This document shows positions 48,547-58,996 of a stretch of 64,000 nucleotides of DNA, piece by piece. Origin of the DNA: an uncultured Marinobacterium sp. (GTDB lineage: Bacteria > Pseudomonadota > Gammaproteobacteria > Pseudomonadales > Balneatricaceae); NCBI GenBank assembly GCA_963666955.1, contig OY762942.1:297269-361268 (forward strand). The letters run 5' to 3'. The position numbers were made by a program, and so were the translations under genes. Every line of letters starts with the position of its first letter. Position 1 is the stretch's first letter. The notes under the pieces are model-generated. The model was not told the DNA's origin. It worked only from the letters and a program-made list of their open reading frames with translations, and ran no database searches.

Positions 48547-49637
48547 ACAATCCACTGGACCCGCAACAGGTCAGCGCCGCCATTGCCCGCTGCCAGCACC
48601 ATTTCCTGCTGGAACTGGACGGCTTCGTCGCCCGTGTCGGCAGCAACAGCGCCGCACTGATCGACGCCCTGCGCGATTACTATCGCAGCTATCCGCAACC
48701 GGATGCGGCCGACGCCGATGTGCAGATCTGGATGATCGACCAGCCCGCCATCAAGCCGGCGCTGGACTGGCACGACTGGCCCCGCGAGACCGGCAAGAGC
48801 GGCCTCAAGGAAGCGATCCTCGACCTGCCCGACGGCCAGCGCCTGATTCACAAGATCAAGACCGGCATGCTGATGCTGCAGCGCCGCCAGGACCCGCTGC
48901 TGATCGGCCCCGCGCCGGAACACCTGGCCCAGGCGGTCAATTTCATCAACAACCAGCACATCAATCACCTGCAGCACCGGGGCGGCCTGATCTGCCATGC
49001 CGCCGCGCTGTCCTGCGGTGGCCGAGGCGTCGCGGTGGCGGCCAGTTCCGGCGGCGGCAAGTCGACCCTGATGCTGCGCCTGATGGAACTGCCCGGCGCC
49101 CGCTTCATCACCAACGACCGACTGTTCGTGCAACGCACGGATACCAGCACCCTGGGGCATGGCGTCGCCAAGCTGCCGCGGGTCAACCCCGGCACCCTGC
49201 TCAACAATCCGCGCCTGAAGCCGGTCCTGAGCGAGGCGCATCAGCGCGAATTTTCCGCCCTGTCGACCCCCGAGCTCTGGCAGCTGGAGTTCAAGTCCGA
49301 TGTGCCGGTTGAGGACTATTACGGCACTGGCACGCTGACGCTGAGCGCCCCCCTGCACGACCTGATCCTGCTCAACTGGTCCCACCAGAGCGACCAGCCT
49401 TGCCGGATCCGCCGCGTCGACCTGGCCCGGACACCCGAGCTGCTGCCGGGCATCATGAAATCCCCCGGCGCTTTCTATCAGGACAACGAGGGCCGCTTCC
49501 TGACCGCGCCCACCCTGCCCCCCGAAGCGGACTATCTTGCACAGCTGGGCGGCCTGAATGTGTACGAAGTCACCGGCCGCGCCGATTTCGACCGGGTCGC
49601 GGACTGGTATCGTCAGGAGGTATTGTCCCTTGGCTGA
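48540..49637 (+). CDS. HprK-related P-loop kinase (type B)
   Basis: 365 aa with a P-loop (ASSGGGKSTLMLRLM). Overlaps the ATP-grasp gene by 7 nt. Confidence 0.7.
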   Translation: MLNNPLDPQQVSAAIARCQHHFLLELDGFVARVGSNSAALIDALRDYYRSYPQPDAADADVQIWMIDQPAIKPALDWHDWPRETGKSGLKEAILDLPDGQRLIHKIKTGMLMLQRRQDPLLIGPAPEHLAQAVNFINNQHINHLQHRGGLICHAAALSCGGRGVAVAASSGGGKSTLMLRLMELPGARFITNDRLFVQRTDTSTLGHGVAKLPRVNPGTLLNNPRLKPVLSEAHQREFSALSTPELWQLEFKSDVPVEDYYGTGTLTLSAPLHDLILLNWSHQSDQPCRIRRVDLARTPELLPGIMKSPGAFYQDNEGRFLTAPTLPPEADYLAQLGGLNVYEVTGRADFDRVADWYRQEVLSLG

Positions 49638-50586
49638 ACTGCTGCTGTTACGGCACGGCAAGGCGGAAGCCGACCATGCCGACGGCGACCACGCCCGCAC
49701 GCTGAAAAATCGCGGCAAGCGTGACGCCCAGCGTATCGGTCACTGGCTCGGCCAGCAGTCGCTGCAGCCGGACCTGATCATCAGCTCCCCCGCCGAGCGC
49801 GCCCGGCTCACCGCCGAGAAATGCGGCAAGGTGCTGGGGCTTCCGGCACCGGCCATCCGGGTTCAGGACGAACTCTATCTGGCCTCCCCGGACGCGATGC
49901 TGGCACAGCTGCGTCCGCTGCTGAGTCAATACCCGCGCATTCTGCTGGTGGCGCACAACCCGGGGCTGGAACAGCTGTTGCAGCAACTGCTGGATGAACC
50001 GCTGGCCGCCCCGGATGACGGCAAGCTGCTGCCCACGGCCGCGCTGGCGCACCTGACCACCGAAACGGCGCAGCCCGAACCCGGTCAGTGGCGGCTGGAG
50101 CGGTTGATCCGGCCACGCAGCCTGCCCCGCCAGTTCGCCATCCAGGTGGACGGCCAGACGGTCTGGCGAGATCGCCCGGCCTACTATTATCAACAGTCCG
50201 GTGTGCTCGCCTATCGCATCCACGATGGCCAGCTCCAGCTGCTGATGTTCAAAACTATCAACAACCCGCTGTGGAAACTGGCCAAGGGGATTATCGAACC
50301 CGGCCTGAGCGCCGCCGAGTCCGCCGCAAAGGAGGCCTGGGAGGAGCTGGGCATTCGCGGTGAGATCGACCCCGAGCCGCTGGGCGATACCCGCCATGCC
50401 AAATGGGGCGGCGAGTGCGAGCTGCGGCTCTTCCCCATGCGCGTCACCACTGCGCCGGGCGAGGCTCACTGGTGGCACGACAAACGCTTCTGCCAATGGC
50501 TCAGCCCGGAAGAAGCCGCGCCGGCCTGCGTGATCGAGGATATTGCCCGCTTTATCCGTGTGCTGAACGACAGGATCGCAACATGA
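49630..50586 (+). CDS. SixA-like phosphohistidine phosphatase fused to a Nudix hydrolase domain
   Basis: ORF 49558-50586. TTG at 49630, preceded by AGGAGG, is preferred. N-terminal RHG motif (LLLLRHGKAE). C-terminal Nudix box (GIIEPGLSAAESAAKEAWEELGI). Confidence 0.75.
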   Translation: MAELLLLRHGKAEADHADGDHARTLKNRGKRDAQRIGHWLGQQSLQPDLIISSPAERARLTAEKCGKVLGLPAPAIRVQDELYLASPDAMLAQLRPLLSQYPRILLVAHNPGLEQLLQQLLDEPLAAPDDGKLLPTAALAHLTTETAQPEPGQWRLERLIRPRSLPRQFAIQVDGQTVWRDRPAYYYQQSGVLAYRIHDGQLQLLMFKTINNPLWKLAKGIIEPGLSAAESAAKEAWEELGIRGEIDPEPLGDTRHAKWGGECELRLFPMRVTTAPGEAHWWHDKRFCQWLSPEEAAPACVIEDIARFIRVLNDRIAT

Positions 50587-51266
50587 CGCAACTGATCGCC
50601 CTGATTCGCCACGGCGACTATGAGCAGCTGGCCGACACGCCCAGCGCCCTCCAGCCCTACCCGCTGACCCCGGAAGGACGTGAAGAGGTGCGCCTGCAGG
50701 CCCGCCGCTGGGGCGAATGGCTCCGCGCCGAGGGCATACAACTCAGCCCGGATGTCCACAGCTCGACTCTGCTGCGCGCCTGGCAAACCGCGCAGGTGTA
50801 TATGGACGAGCTGGCCGATTGCTTCACCGCGACGCCGGAACTGACCAGCTGCTCCGCTCTCTGCGAGCGCCGGGTCGGCTCCGCCGCCAATCTGACCACC
50901 GCCGAGATCGAGCGCATCCTGATGCTGGACCCGCGCTTTGAACCGCCCCCCGCAGGCTGGAAGTCGGACAGCCACTACCGCCTGCCACTGGAAGGCGCGG
51001 AGTCGCTGCTGGACGCCGGCACCCGCATAGCCGACCATCTGCGCCGCTGCGTTCAGGCCGAAAACCGGGGACTGCAGCTGATATTCGGCCACGGCGCCGC
51101 CTTCCGTCATGCGGCCTATCATCTGAATGTCATGGAATTCGACGATATTAAACGGTTAAGCATGTACCACGGTCGCCCTGTGGTGCTGGCCCACGACCCG
51201 GTTTCCGGCTGGCGTCACCACAGCGGCGACTGGAAACTCAGACAGCGAACCGAACGCCCCGACTGA
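50583..51266 (+). CDS. Histidine phosphatase (phosphoglycerate-mutase-like) family protein
   Basis: ORF 50403-51266. Start at MTQLIALIRHGDYEQ gives an ATGA overlap with the upstream gene. Has the RHG motif. Confidence 0.75.
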   Translation: MTQLIALIRHGDYEQLADTPSALQPYPLTPEGREEVRLQARRWGEWLRAEGIQLSPDVHSSTLLRAWQTAQVYMDELADCFTATPELTSCSALCERRVGSAANLTTAEIERILMLDPRFEPPPAGWKSDSHYRLPLEGAESLLDAGTRIADHLRRCVQAENRGLQLIFGHGAAFRHAAYHLNVMEFDDIKRLSMYHGRPVVLAHDPVSGWRHHSGDWKLRQRTERPD

Positions 51267-51289
51267 TCGGGGCTGCCACCGAGGATGCC

Positions 51290-52627
51290 ATGCCGCAGCC
51301 TGCACTGCCCAGAATCAAGCCCCGGTCCACCCACACCGATATCCGCGCGGCCCTGCCGCTGACCAGTTGCGCCTGGCCGCTGGAAAAGGGCTCGGCCGAC
51401 AGCGAACTGCGCGATGAGGCGCAGCTCCAGCAGGCGCTGATCAATTCCTCGCCTGACTGCGGCGACGACTGGCGCTGGCCCAAACGCCCGGTGATCTTCA
51501 TCTCCGACCCCCATGCCGATGCCGAAGCCTTTGAAGCCTCGCTGGTGGCCAGCGGCGGTGTCCAGCTGGAGGAAAGCGCCGGCAGCGCCCGCTTCGAACT
51601 GACACGCCAGGGACGCCAGGCCGAATTCATTATCGGCGGCGACTGCCTCGACAAGGGGCCGAGCAACCTGCAGATGCTGCGCAGCCTCAAGCGCCTGTAC
51701 GACACCGGTGCCAGGGTCACCCTGCTGGCCGGCAACCACGACCTGCGCCTGCTGATGGGGTTGCTGTCGATGCAGCAGACCCGACACACCGGCAACGAGC
51801 ACCTGTTTGCTCGCATGGGCAAGAAGGTGATCCCCCTGTTCCGGGAGGTGTTCGATGCCCATCCGCAACGCAACTGGCTCAAGGGGGTGCCCGATGCCGA
51901 CGCCTGCCGCACGCTGCTGCTGCCCAAGGACGACTGGTTCGAGCGTTTCCCCGACCATGCCCGTGGCATCCTGACCGAGGCGGGGATTGCACGGGAACTG
52001 AAAAAGATGCGCAGCAAGGCGGACAGCTTCGAACGCCACTGCCTGGCGGCCGGGCTGGATATCCGCACGGTCTACGGCGTCGCCCGCCACTGTCAGCGCC
52101 TTTTCCTCCAGCCGAAGGGCGAGTTCCACTGGTTTTTCAAACGCATGCAGCTGGTCCGCCGGAGCGGCTCGTTTCTGTTCCTGCACGCCGGGCTGGATGA
52201 TGGCATGAGCCGGCGCATTGCCGAGCACGGCCTCAAGGACGTCAACAAGCGGTTCCGCAAGGCGCTGCGCAAGGACCTGTTCAGCTTTTACTACAGCTCC
52301 CTGGCCAACACCTTCCGAACCAAGTACCGCGCCGCCGATCTGCCGTTGACCAACGACGGCGTAGAACAGATTCACAGCTGCGGCGTGCGTGTGCTGGTCC
52401 ATGGCCATATCAACCGCACCCGCGGCCAGCGCCTGGCCCTGCGGCAGGGATTGCTGCATGTGGAGGGCGATATCACGCTGGATCGCAACTCTCGCCAGCA
52501 GGAAGGCTTGCGCGGATACGGTTGCGGTGCCACGATCATCGACCCCAGGCGGCATATCCTCGGCATCAGCAACGACTACCCGTTCGCCAAGGTGTTCCGC
52601 CCCGATACGTTCAACCCGGCGAGGTAA
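51290..52627 (+). CDS. Calcineurin-like metallophosphoesterase
   Basis: 445 aa with motifs ISDPHAD, GGDCLDKG, GNHD and VHGH. Confidence 0.75.
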   Translation: MPQPALPRIKPRSTHTDIRAALPLTSCAWPLEKGSADSELRDEAQLQQALINSSPDCGDDWRWPKRPVIFISDPHADAEAFEASLVASGGVQLEESAGSARFELTRQGRQAEFIIGGDCLDKGPSNLQMLRSLKRLYDTGARVTLLAGNHDLRLLMGLLSMQQTRHTGNEHLFARMGKKVIPLFREVFDAHPQRNWLKGVPDADACRTLLLPKDDWFERFPDHARGILTEAGIARELKKMRSKADSFERHCLAAGLDIRTVYGVARHCQRLFLQPKGEFHWFFKRMQLVRRSGSFLFLHAGLDDGMSRRIAEHGLKDVNKRFRKALRKDLFSFYYSSLANTFRTKYRAADLPLTNDGVEQIHSCGVRVLVHGHINRTRGQRLALRQGLLHVEGDITLDRNSRQQEGLRGYGCGATIIDPRRHILGISNDYPFAKVFRPDTFNPAR

Positions 52628-52637
52628 CCATCCGTTC

Positions 52638-52901
52638 ATGAAAGCCAAAGACGAATTCGTGCACGAGTCCTATCAGGACGGCAAATCGATCCAAGGGCTG
52701 CTCAAGGCGATCGCCCGCGGCCTGGGCAAGGGCAAGCTGGAATTCAGCGATGGCGACCGGGAGATCGAGCTGACACCCGAGGGGTTGCTGCACCTGAAGG
52801 TCTCCGCCAGCGAGGATGAGACCCGCAACCAGCTCAGCATCCGTATCCGCTGGGAGGAGCACCCGCGCGAACCCTCCGAAGAGCTGCTGAAGGTCAAGTA
52901 A
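52638..52901 (+). CDS. Small amphi-Trp-domain-like protein
   Basis: 87 aa (MKAKDEFVHESYQDGKSIQGLLKAIARGLGKGKLEFSDGDREIELTPEGLLHLKVSASEDETRNQLSIRIRWEE...). Last gene of the cluster. The family assignment is from memory. Confidence 0.6.
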   Translation: MKAKDEFVHESYQDGKSIQGLLKAIARGLGKGKLEFSDGDREIELTPEGLLHLKVSASEDETRNQLSIRIRWEEHPREPSEELLKVK

Positions 52902-52904
52902 GCC

Positions 52905-53789
52905 TCACCAGGGCAGGCCGTCGCCGAAGCGTTCGAGCAGGAAGTCGCACAGCAGCTGCAACCGGGGCGAGCGCTGTCGTGCCTGTGGATAAACCAGCCA
53001 GACGCCGCTGAACGGGTAACGATACTGCTCCAGCATCGAGATCAGCTCGCCGCGCGCCAGCGCCGGCTCGACGTAATAGTCCGGCAGCTGGGCGATTCCC
53101 AGTCCCTTGGTCACCGCATCCAGCAGCGCGGGTCCCGAATTGGAGCGCCAGTTGCCGCTGACCTTCAGCTCGCGGCGCTGGCCGTGCTCGCTGAACAGCC
53201 AGAAGGTGTTGGAGCCGAGCAGGCAGTTGTGCCGGCTCAGTTCGGCCAGGGTGTGCGGCATCGGATGGCGCTGCAGGTAATCGGGGCTGGCACAGAGATA
53301 CTCGCGCCGGCCACAGAGCCGCCGTGCCAGCAGCGAGGAGTCCTTCAACGTGCCCATGCGCACGGCCAGGTCGTAGCCTTCGGCGATCAGGTCGGTCTGG
53401 CGGTTGGTCAGGTGCAGGTCGAGGCTGATCTTCGGATACTGCAGCATGAAGTCGTTGAGCTGCGGCGCCAGAAAACGCTCGCCGAAGGTCGTCGCGCAGG
53501 TGACGCGCAACTTGCCCGAAGGCTCAGCCTGGAAACTGGCCAGCTCCTCCTCGGCAGCGGCAAAGCCGTGCATCAGCTCGCGGCAGTGCTGGTAGTAATG
53601 CTCGCCCGCCTCGCTGAGCCGAAACTTGCGCGTGGTGCGGTACAGCAGCGGGGTGCTCAGGTCCGCCTCCAGCCGCGACACCAGCCGGCTGATATGCGAG
53701 GGCGACACCTTGAGCTTCTGCGCCGCCGCCGAGAAGCTGCCCTGCTGCACCACCTCGACAAAGGCTTCGATCGCATCCCAGTTACGCAT
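52905..53789 (-). CDS. LysR-family transcriptional regulator
   Basis: ORF 52905-53849. Start at MRNWDAIEAFVEVVQQGSFSAAAQKLKVSPSHISRLV (HTH) preferred. Confidence 0.85.
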   Translation of the reverse strand: MRNWDAIEAFVEVVQQGSFSAAAQKLKVSPSHISRLVSRLEADLSTPLLYRTTRKFRLSEAGEHYYQHCRELMHGFAAAEEELASFQAEPSGKLRVTCATTFGERFLAPQLNDFMLQYPKISLDLHLTNRQTDLIAEGYDLAVRMGTLKDSSLLARRLCGRREYLCASPDYLQRHPMPHTLAELSRHNCLLGSNTFWLFSEHGQRRELKVSGNWRSNSGPALLDAVTKGLGIAQLPDYYVEPALARGELISMLEQYRYPFSGVWLVYPQARQRSPRLQLLCDFLLERFGDGLPW

Positions 53790-54105
53790 GCTGACTCCCG
53801 TTAGTGCCGGCGGGCGCAGCTTCGCACCCGGATTGTTGTTGAACAACAATAATGTACAGAATTTCGGACCCTTCTGCCTCAGGACACTCCCGGTCAGTGT
53901 TCATCCCGCGCGGGGGCGGCGCCGAAACCCGTACATCACCCATGAACAAAAGCCCCCTCTACAGAAAAATCTCCTGTAAACCCGGCAAAATCTCATAGTA
54001 AACAGCCAAACATATCGGTTAAAACTGTAGAAAATACAGGCCGTCATTCATAACCCGGTGGGTTGAGAACACCCGCCCATATTCAAACCCAACCAGGAGC
54101 CATCC

Positions 54106-54459
54106 ATGTCGATTGAACGCATCCACTCCACCGACCGCATGAGCCGTATCGTCAAGCACAACGGCACCGTTTACCTCTGTGGCCAGACCGCCGGCGAGGC
54201 GGAATGGGATATCTCCGAGCAGACCCGCCAGTGCCTGGCCAAGATCGAAGACCTGCTGGATGAAGCCGACAGCAGCAAGGCGTCTCTGCTGTCCGTGACC
54301 ATCTACATCCGCGACATGAAGGACTTCGCCGCCATGAACGCCGTCTGGGATGCCTGGGTCGCCGATCTGCCCAAACCGGCCCGCGCCTGCGTCGAGGCCC
54401 GCATGGCGCGCCCGGAGATACTGGTGGAGATGACGGTCACCGCCGCTGTGGAAGACTGA
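54106..54459 (+). CDS. RidA/YjgF/L-PSP family protein
   Basis: 117 aa, YjgF-like (…[24 protein letters not shown]…ARACVEA). Confidence 0.85.
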   Translation: MSIERIHSTDRMSRIVKHNGTVYLCGQTAGEAEWDISEQTRQCLAKIEDLLDEADSSKASLLSVTIYIRDMKDFAAMNAVWDAWVADLPKPARACVEARMARPEILVEMTVTAAVED

Positions 54460-54566
54460 TCCGACCCGGCCTGTGGATAAACCTCAGGCCTCCCCCCTCT
54501 ATTATTGCTGTTGAGCAAAAATGCTTTTCGATTGGTGCCATTATCGCCGGCGTCCATCGGGTCTAG

Positions 54567-55715
<1,149 letters not shown>

Positions 55716-55885
55716 TTGAGACTTGGCACCCGACTTTGCAGGCGTGGGGCGGGCACTGTTGATCGACCCTATGGCGCCATGGACGGCGCCATCGAGCCCC
55801 CAGGGATGGGTTCACGGCGTGTCGAGCAACAGTGTCCGCACCTGAGCCCTCTCCGAAGCAAAACACATCGATCAAGGAGAACACC

Positions 55886-56743
55886 ATGTCACAAGCAGCT
55901 CCCGAGCTGATCGCCAGCAACAAGTGCTTCGACGGCTGGCTCAAGCGCTACAGGCACAGCTCCACTGCGACCGGCACGGAGATGATCTTTGCCATCTACC
56001 TGCCGCCGCAGGCGCAGACGCAGACGCAACCGGTGCCGGTACTCTACTGGCTCTCCGGCCTGACCTGCACCGACGAGAACTTCATGCAGAAGGCCGGTGC
56101 CCAGCGCATCGCCGCCGAACTGGGTATCGCCATCGTTGCGCCCGATACCAGTCCGCGCGGCACCGACCTGCCCGGTGAGCATGACAGCTACGACTTCGGC
56201 TCAGGCGCCGGTTTCTACGTCAACGCCACCGAGGAGCCATGGTCAGCCCACTACCGCCTGTACGACTACGTCACCGACGAGCTGCCGGCGCTGATCGAGC
56301 AGCACTTCCCGGTAACCGACAAGCGCGCCATCAGCGGCCATTCCATGGGCGGCCACGGGGCACTGATCTGTGCGCTGAAGAACCCGGGCCGTTATGCCTC
56401 GGTGTCGGCCTTTGCGCCGATCAGCAACCCGAGCCACTGCCCCTGGGGAGAGAAGGCACTGACCGGTTATCTGGGCGATGATCGTGAAGCCTGGAAGGCG
56501 TGGGACAGCTGTGAGCTAATCAGCAGCGCACAGGAAAAGCTGCCGATTCTGGTGGACCAGGGTGAGGCCGATGGCTTCATGCAGGAACAGCTGAAACCGG
56601 AAGCCCTGCAGGCAGCCTGCGACATGGCGAACTATCCACTGGAACTGAGACTGCAGCCGGGTTACGACCACAGCTACTTCTTCATCGCCAGCTTTATCGA
56701 AGACCACCTGCGCCATCATGCCAAGGCACTGGGTGTAGCCTGA
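55886..56743 (+). CDS. fghA: S-formylglutathione hydrolase (esterase D)
   Basis: ORF 55832-56743. ATG at 55886 after AAGGAG preferred. Has the GHSMGG nucleophile elbow. Confidence 0.9.
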   Translation: MSQAAPELIASNKCFDGWLKRYRHSSTATGTEMIFAIYLPPQAQTQTQPVPVLYWLSGLTCTDENFMQKAGAQRIAAELGIAIVAPDTSPRGTDLPGEHDSYDFGSGAGFYVNATEEPWSAHYRLYDYVTDELPALIEQHFPVTDKRAISGHSMGGHGALICALKNPGRYASVSAFAPISNPSHCPWGEKALTGYLGDDREAWKAWDSCELISSAQEKLPILVDQGEADGFMQEQLKPEALQAACDMANYPLELRLQPGYDHSYFFIASFIEDHLRHHAKALGVA

Positions 56744-56752
56744 ACAAAAAAA

Positions 56753-56784
56753 CGCCGGTCAGCACAACACTGATCGGCGTTTTT
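56753..56784. terminator. Bidirectional rho-independent terminator between convergent genes
   Basis: An A-run, CGCCGGTCAG, a 7-nt loop, CTGATCGGCG, then TTTTT. Confidence 0.7.
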
Positions 56785-56804
56785 CATATGCTGTATCCGA
56801 AGAC

Positions 56805-57281
56805 TTAGAGCGCGGCCAGAACGGTCTCGGCGCTGCTCTTGTCGATGCCCTTCTCGTCCACGTTCAGCAGCTCGACCTTGCCGTCGTTGACGATCATGGC
56901 GTAGCGCTGGCTGCGCGTGCCGAACTGGATGCCGGACAGGTCCTGATCCAGGCCCATGGCGGCGGCGAACTCACCGATGCCGTCGGCCAGCATGGTGATC
57001 GCCTCGGCGTTCTGCGCCTTGCCCCAGGCATCCATGACGAACACATCGTTGACGGCGGTGCAGATGATGCTGTCGACGCCCTTGGCCTTGATCTCGTCGG
57101 CCTTGACCACGAAGCCCGGCAGGTGGGTCATGGAACAACCCGGCGTGAAGGCGCCCGGCACGGCAAACAGAACCACTTTCTTGCCGGCGAAAAGATCCGC
57201 CGTATTAACCGCTTCCGGTCCTTCTGCACCCATTACGCGCAGTTCTACATTAGGGATGCTATCGCCGATCTGAATGCTCAT
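56805..57281 (-). CDS. Peroxiredoxin, Prx5/type II (glutathione-dependent type)
   Basis: 158 aa with the motif PGAFTPGCS. Confidence 0.85.
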   Translation of the reverse strand: MSIQIGDSIPNVELRVMGAEGPEAVNTADLFAGKKVVLFAVPGAFTPGCSMTHLPGFVVKADEIKAKGVDSIICTAVNDVFVMDAWGKAQNAEAITMLADGIGEFAAAMGLDQDLSGIQFGTRSQRYAMIVNDGKVELLNVDEKGIDKSSAETVLAAL

Positions 57282-57358
57282 GCTCTGCTCTCCATGGAGT
57301 CCATAGTTGACTGATTCACTCGGGATTGTAGCAGCACATGATTACACTTGCCTATGAC

Positions 57359-57727
57359 TCAGGCAGCCAGATACTCGATCCAGCCCCGCAACAGACCGAT
57401 GAAATCCTCCAGCCCCGCTTCGCAGGCCTCATCGGCCAGACCGAACCCCTCCTCGAGATCATCAAGCTCACCCTCGGCCTGCAGCCAGACACGGGCGCTG
57501 TCGCTGTCCAGCTGCAGGCTCAACTCGCTGCCGTGCCAGTCAAACTGCCCCCGGCGCTCGGCCAGCAGCCGCACGGCCTGCTGCAGGATCTGCCCCGCCT
57601 GTGTCCGGTTCTCGCCCAGCTCCTCGCTGAGCCAGCGACCGAACAGCGCCTGTTCCATCTCGACCACGGCTTCCGGCTGGTCATAGAGATCGCGCCTGAA
57701 TTCATATTCCACGTTATACCGCCTCAA
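57359..57727 (-). CDS. yacL: UPF0231 (YacL-like) protein
   Basis: 122 aa. The N-terminal YEFRRD and the acidic C-terminal half resemble E. coli YacL, as I recall its sequence. Confidence 0.55.
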   Translation of the reverse strand: MRRYNVEYEFRRDLYDQPEAVVEMEQALFGRWLSEELGENRTQAGQILQQAVRLLAERRGQFDWHGSELSLQLDSDSARVWLQAEGELDDLEEGFGLADEACEAGLEDFIGLLRGWIEYLAA

Positions 57728-57815
57728 TCATGCTTCTGTTCGCGCCCCGGCGCCTAAGGCGCCTAAACCGGGCATCATACCTCAGCCGACACCGTCCCGG
57801 ACGCCCGCCCTGCGC

Positions 57816-58217
57816 CTATTCGTCGGCCGCCGCTGTCCAGCGAATCCTGACCTCGCGCACACCCCAGTTGCGCGCGGCCGCCACATCCTCGCCCATGTAG
57901 ATATCGATCTTGCGTGTCCAGCGCTTGTGCATCTTGTCCAGCACCCGGTATCGACCGGGCAGACCTTCGATCTCGATCAGGGTATTGTGGGTCAGACCGG
58001 CCTTGATCAGATCACGCGACACGGCCACCGCCTTCATGCCCGGCTTGAGGGTGTCGCCCCAGGCCGCCAGCGCGGGTTGCGCACTGGTCTGCGCCGCCAG
58101 CGAATTGTAGGCGCTTGCCTGTACTTTCAGTGTCTTCACCTCGGACACCGCTTCACTGCAGCCGACCAGCGCCAACAGCGCCATAGAGAACAACCACTTA
58201 AAAGAAGAAGAAAGCAT
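57816..58217 (-). CDS. 3D-domain lipoprotein (MltA-C-terminal-like)
   Basis: 133 aa with a lipobox (LALVGC) and a 3D-domain-like sequence (ASAYNS…VAVSRDL…LDKMHKRW…IDIYMG). Confidence 0.65.
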   Translation of the reverse strand: MLSSSFKWLFSMALLALVGCSEAVSEVKTLKVQASAYNSLAAQTSAQPALAAWGDTLKPGMKAVAVSRDLIKAGLTHNTLIEIEGLPGRYRVLDKMHKRWTRKIDIYMGEDVAAARNWGVREVRIRWTAAADE

Positions 58218-58300
58218 TTGAACTCATCATGTGAACTTTTTCGTGACATTTAGCGAAATCAGCAGTATACAATATCCTCCTGTAACTGGAGGATGCATGC

Positions 58301-58963
58301 GTGTATTCACCCCCTGATATCACCCTCGACCTGCAACAGAGCCTGTACGATCAGATCGCCGATGCCCTGATCGACACCGGCTACGTTAGCCTGCCTTCGG
58401 CGCTGCCGGAAACCCTGACCAGCAAGCTTTACCAGCACCTGCAGGCGCACAGCGCGCAGCAGTTTCAGCGTGCCGGGGTCGGCCGCGAGCAGGATCATCA
58501 ACTGCATGGCGGCATTCGCCGTGACCAGATCCGCTGGCTGAGCCGCCAGCAGCCAGTCGAGGCCGAATACCTGGACTGGATGGAGGGCCTGCGCGAGGGA
58601 CTGAACCGACGCCTGTTCATGGGCCTGTTCGATTACGAGGCCCATTTCTCCCACTACCGCGCCGGCGCCTTCTACAAGCGCCACCTGGATGCGTTTCGCG
58701 GCCAGACCAACCGCGTGCTGACCACGGTGCTCTACCTCAACCCGGACTGGGACGAGCAGCAGGGCGGCGAACTGCTGGTCTGGCCGGAACCGGACAGCGA
58801 CAGGGTGATCGAACGGGTGGTGCCGCAGATGGGCACCCTGGTGATCTTCCTCAGCGAGCAGTTCCCGCATGAGGTACTGCCCGCCACCACCGACCGCTAC
58901 AGCATTGCCGGCTGGTTCAGGGTCAACACCAGCATCAACAACCAGATCGACCCGCCGCGCTGA
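58301..58963 (+). CDS. 2OG-Fe(II) oxygenase (prolyl-hydroxylase-like)
   Basis: 220 aa with a GTG start after GGAGGA. HxD in YKRHLDAF and a distal His in FPHEVLP. Confidence 0.75.
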   Translation: MYSPPDITLDLQQSLYDQIADALIDTGYVSLPSALPETLTSKLYQHLQAHSAQQFQRAGVGREQDHQLHGGIRRDQIRWLSRQQPVEAEYLDWMEGLREGLNRRLFMGLFDYEAHFSHYRAGAFYKRHLDAFRGQTNRVLTTVLYLNPDWDEQQGGELLVWPEPDSDRVIERVVPQMGTLVIFLSEQFPHEVLPATTDRYSIAGWFRVNTSINNQIDPPR

Positions 58964-58996
58964 TACAGCCCCGACACGACCGATCGCCGCTGGACG

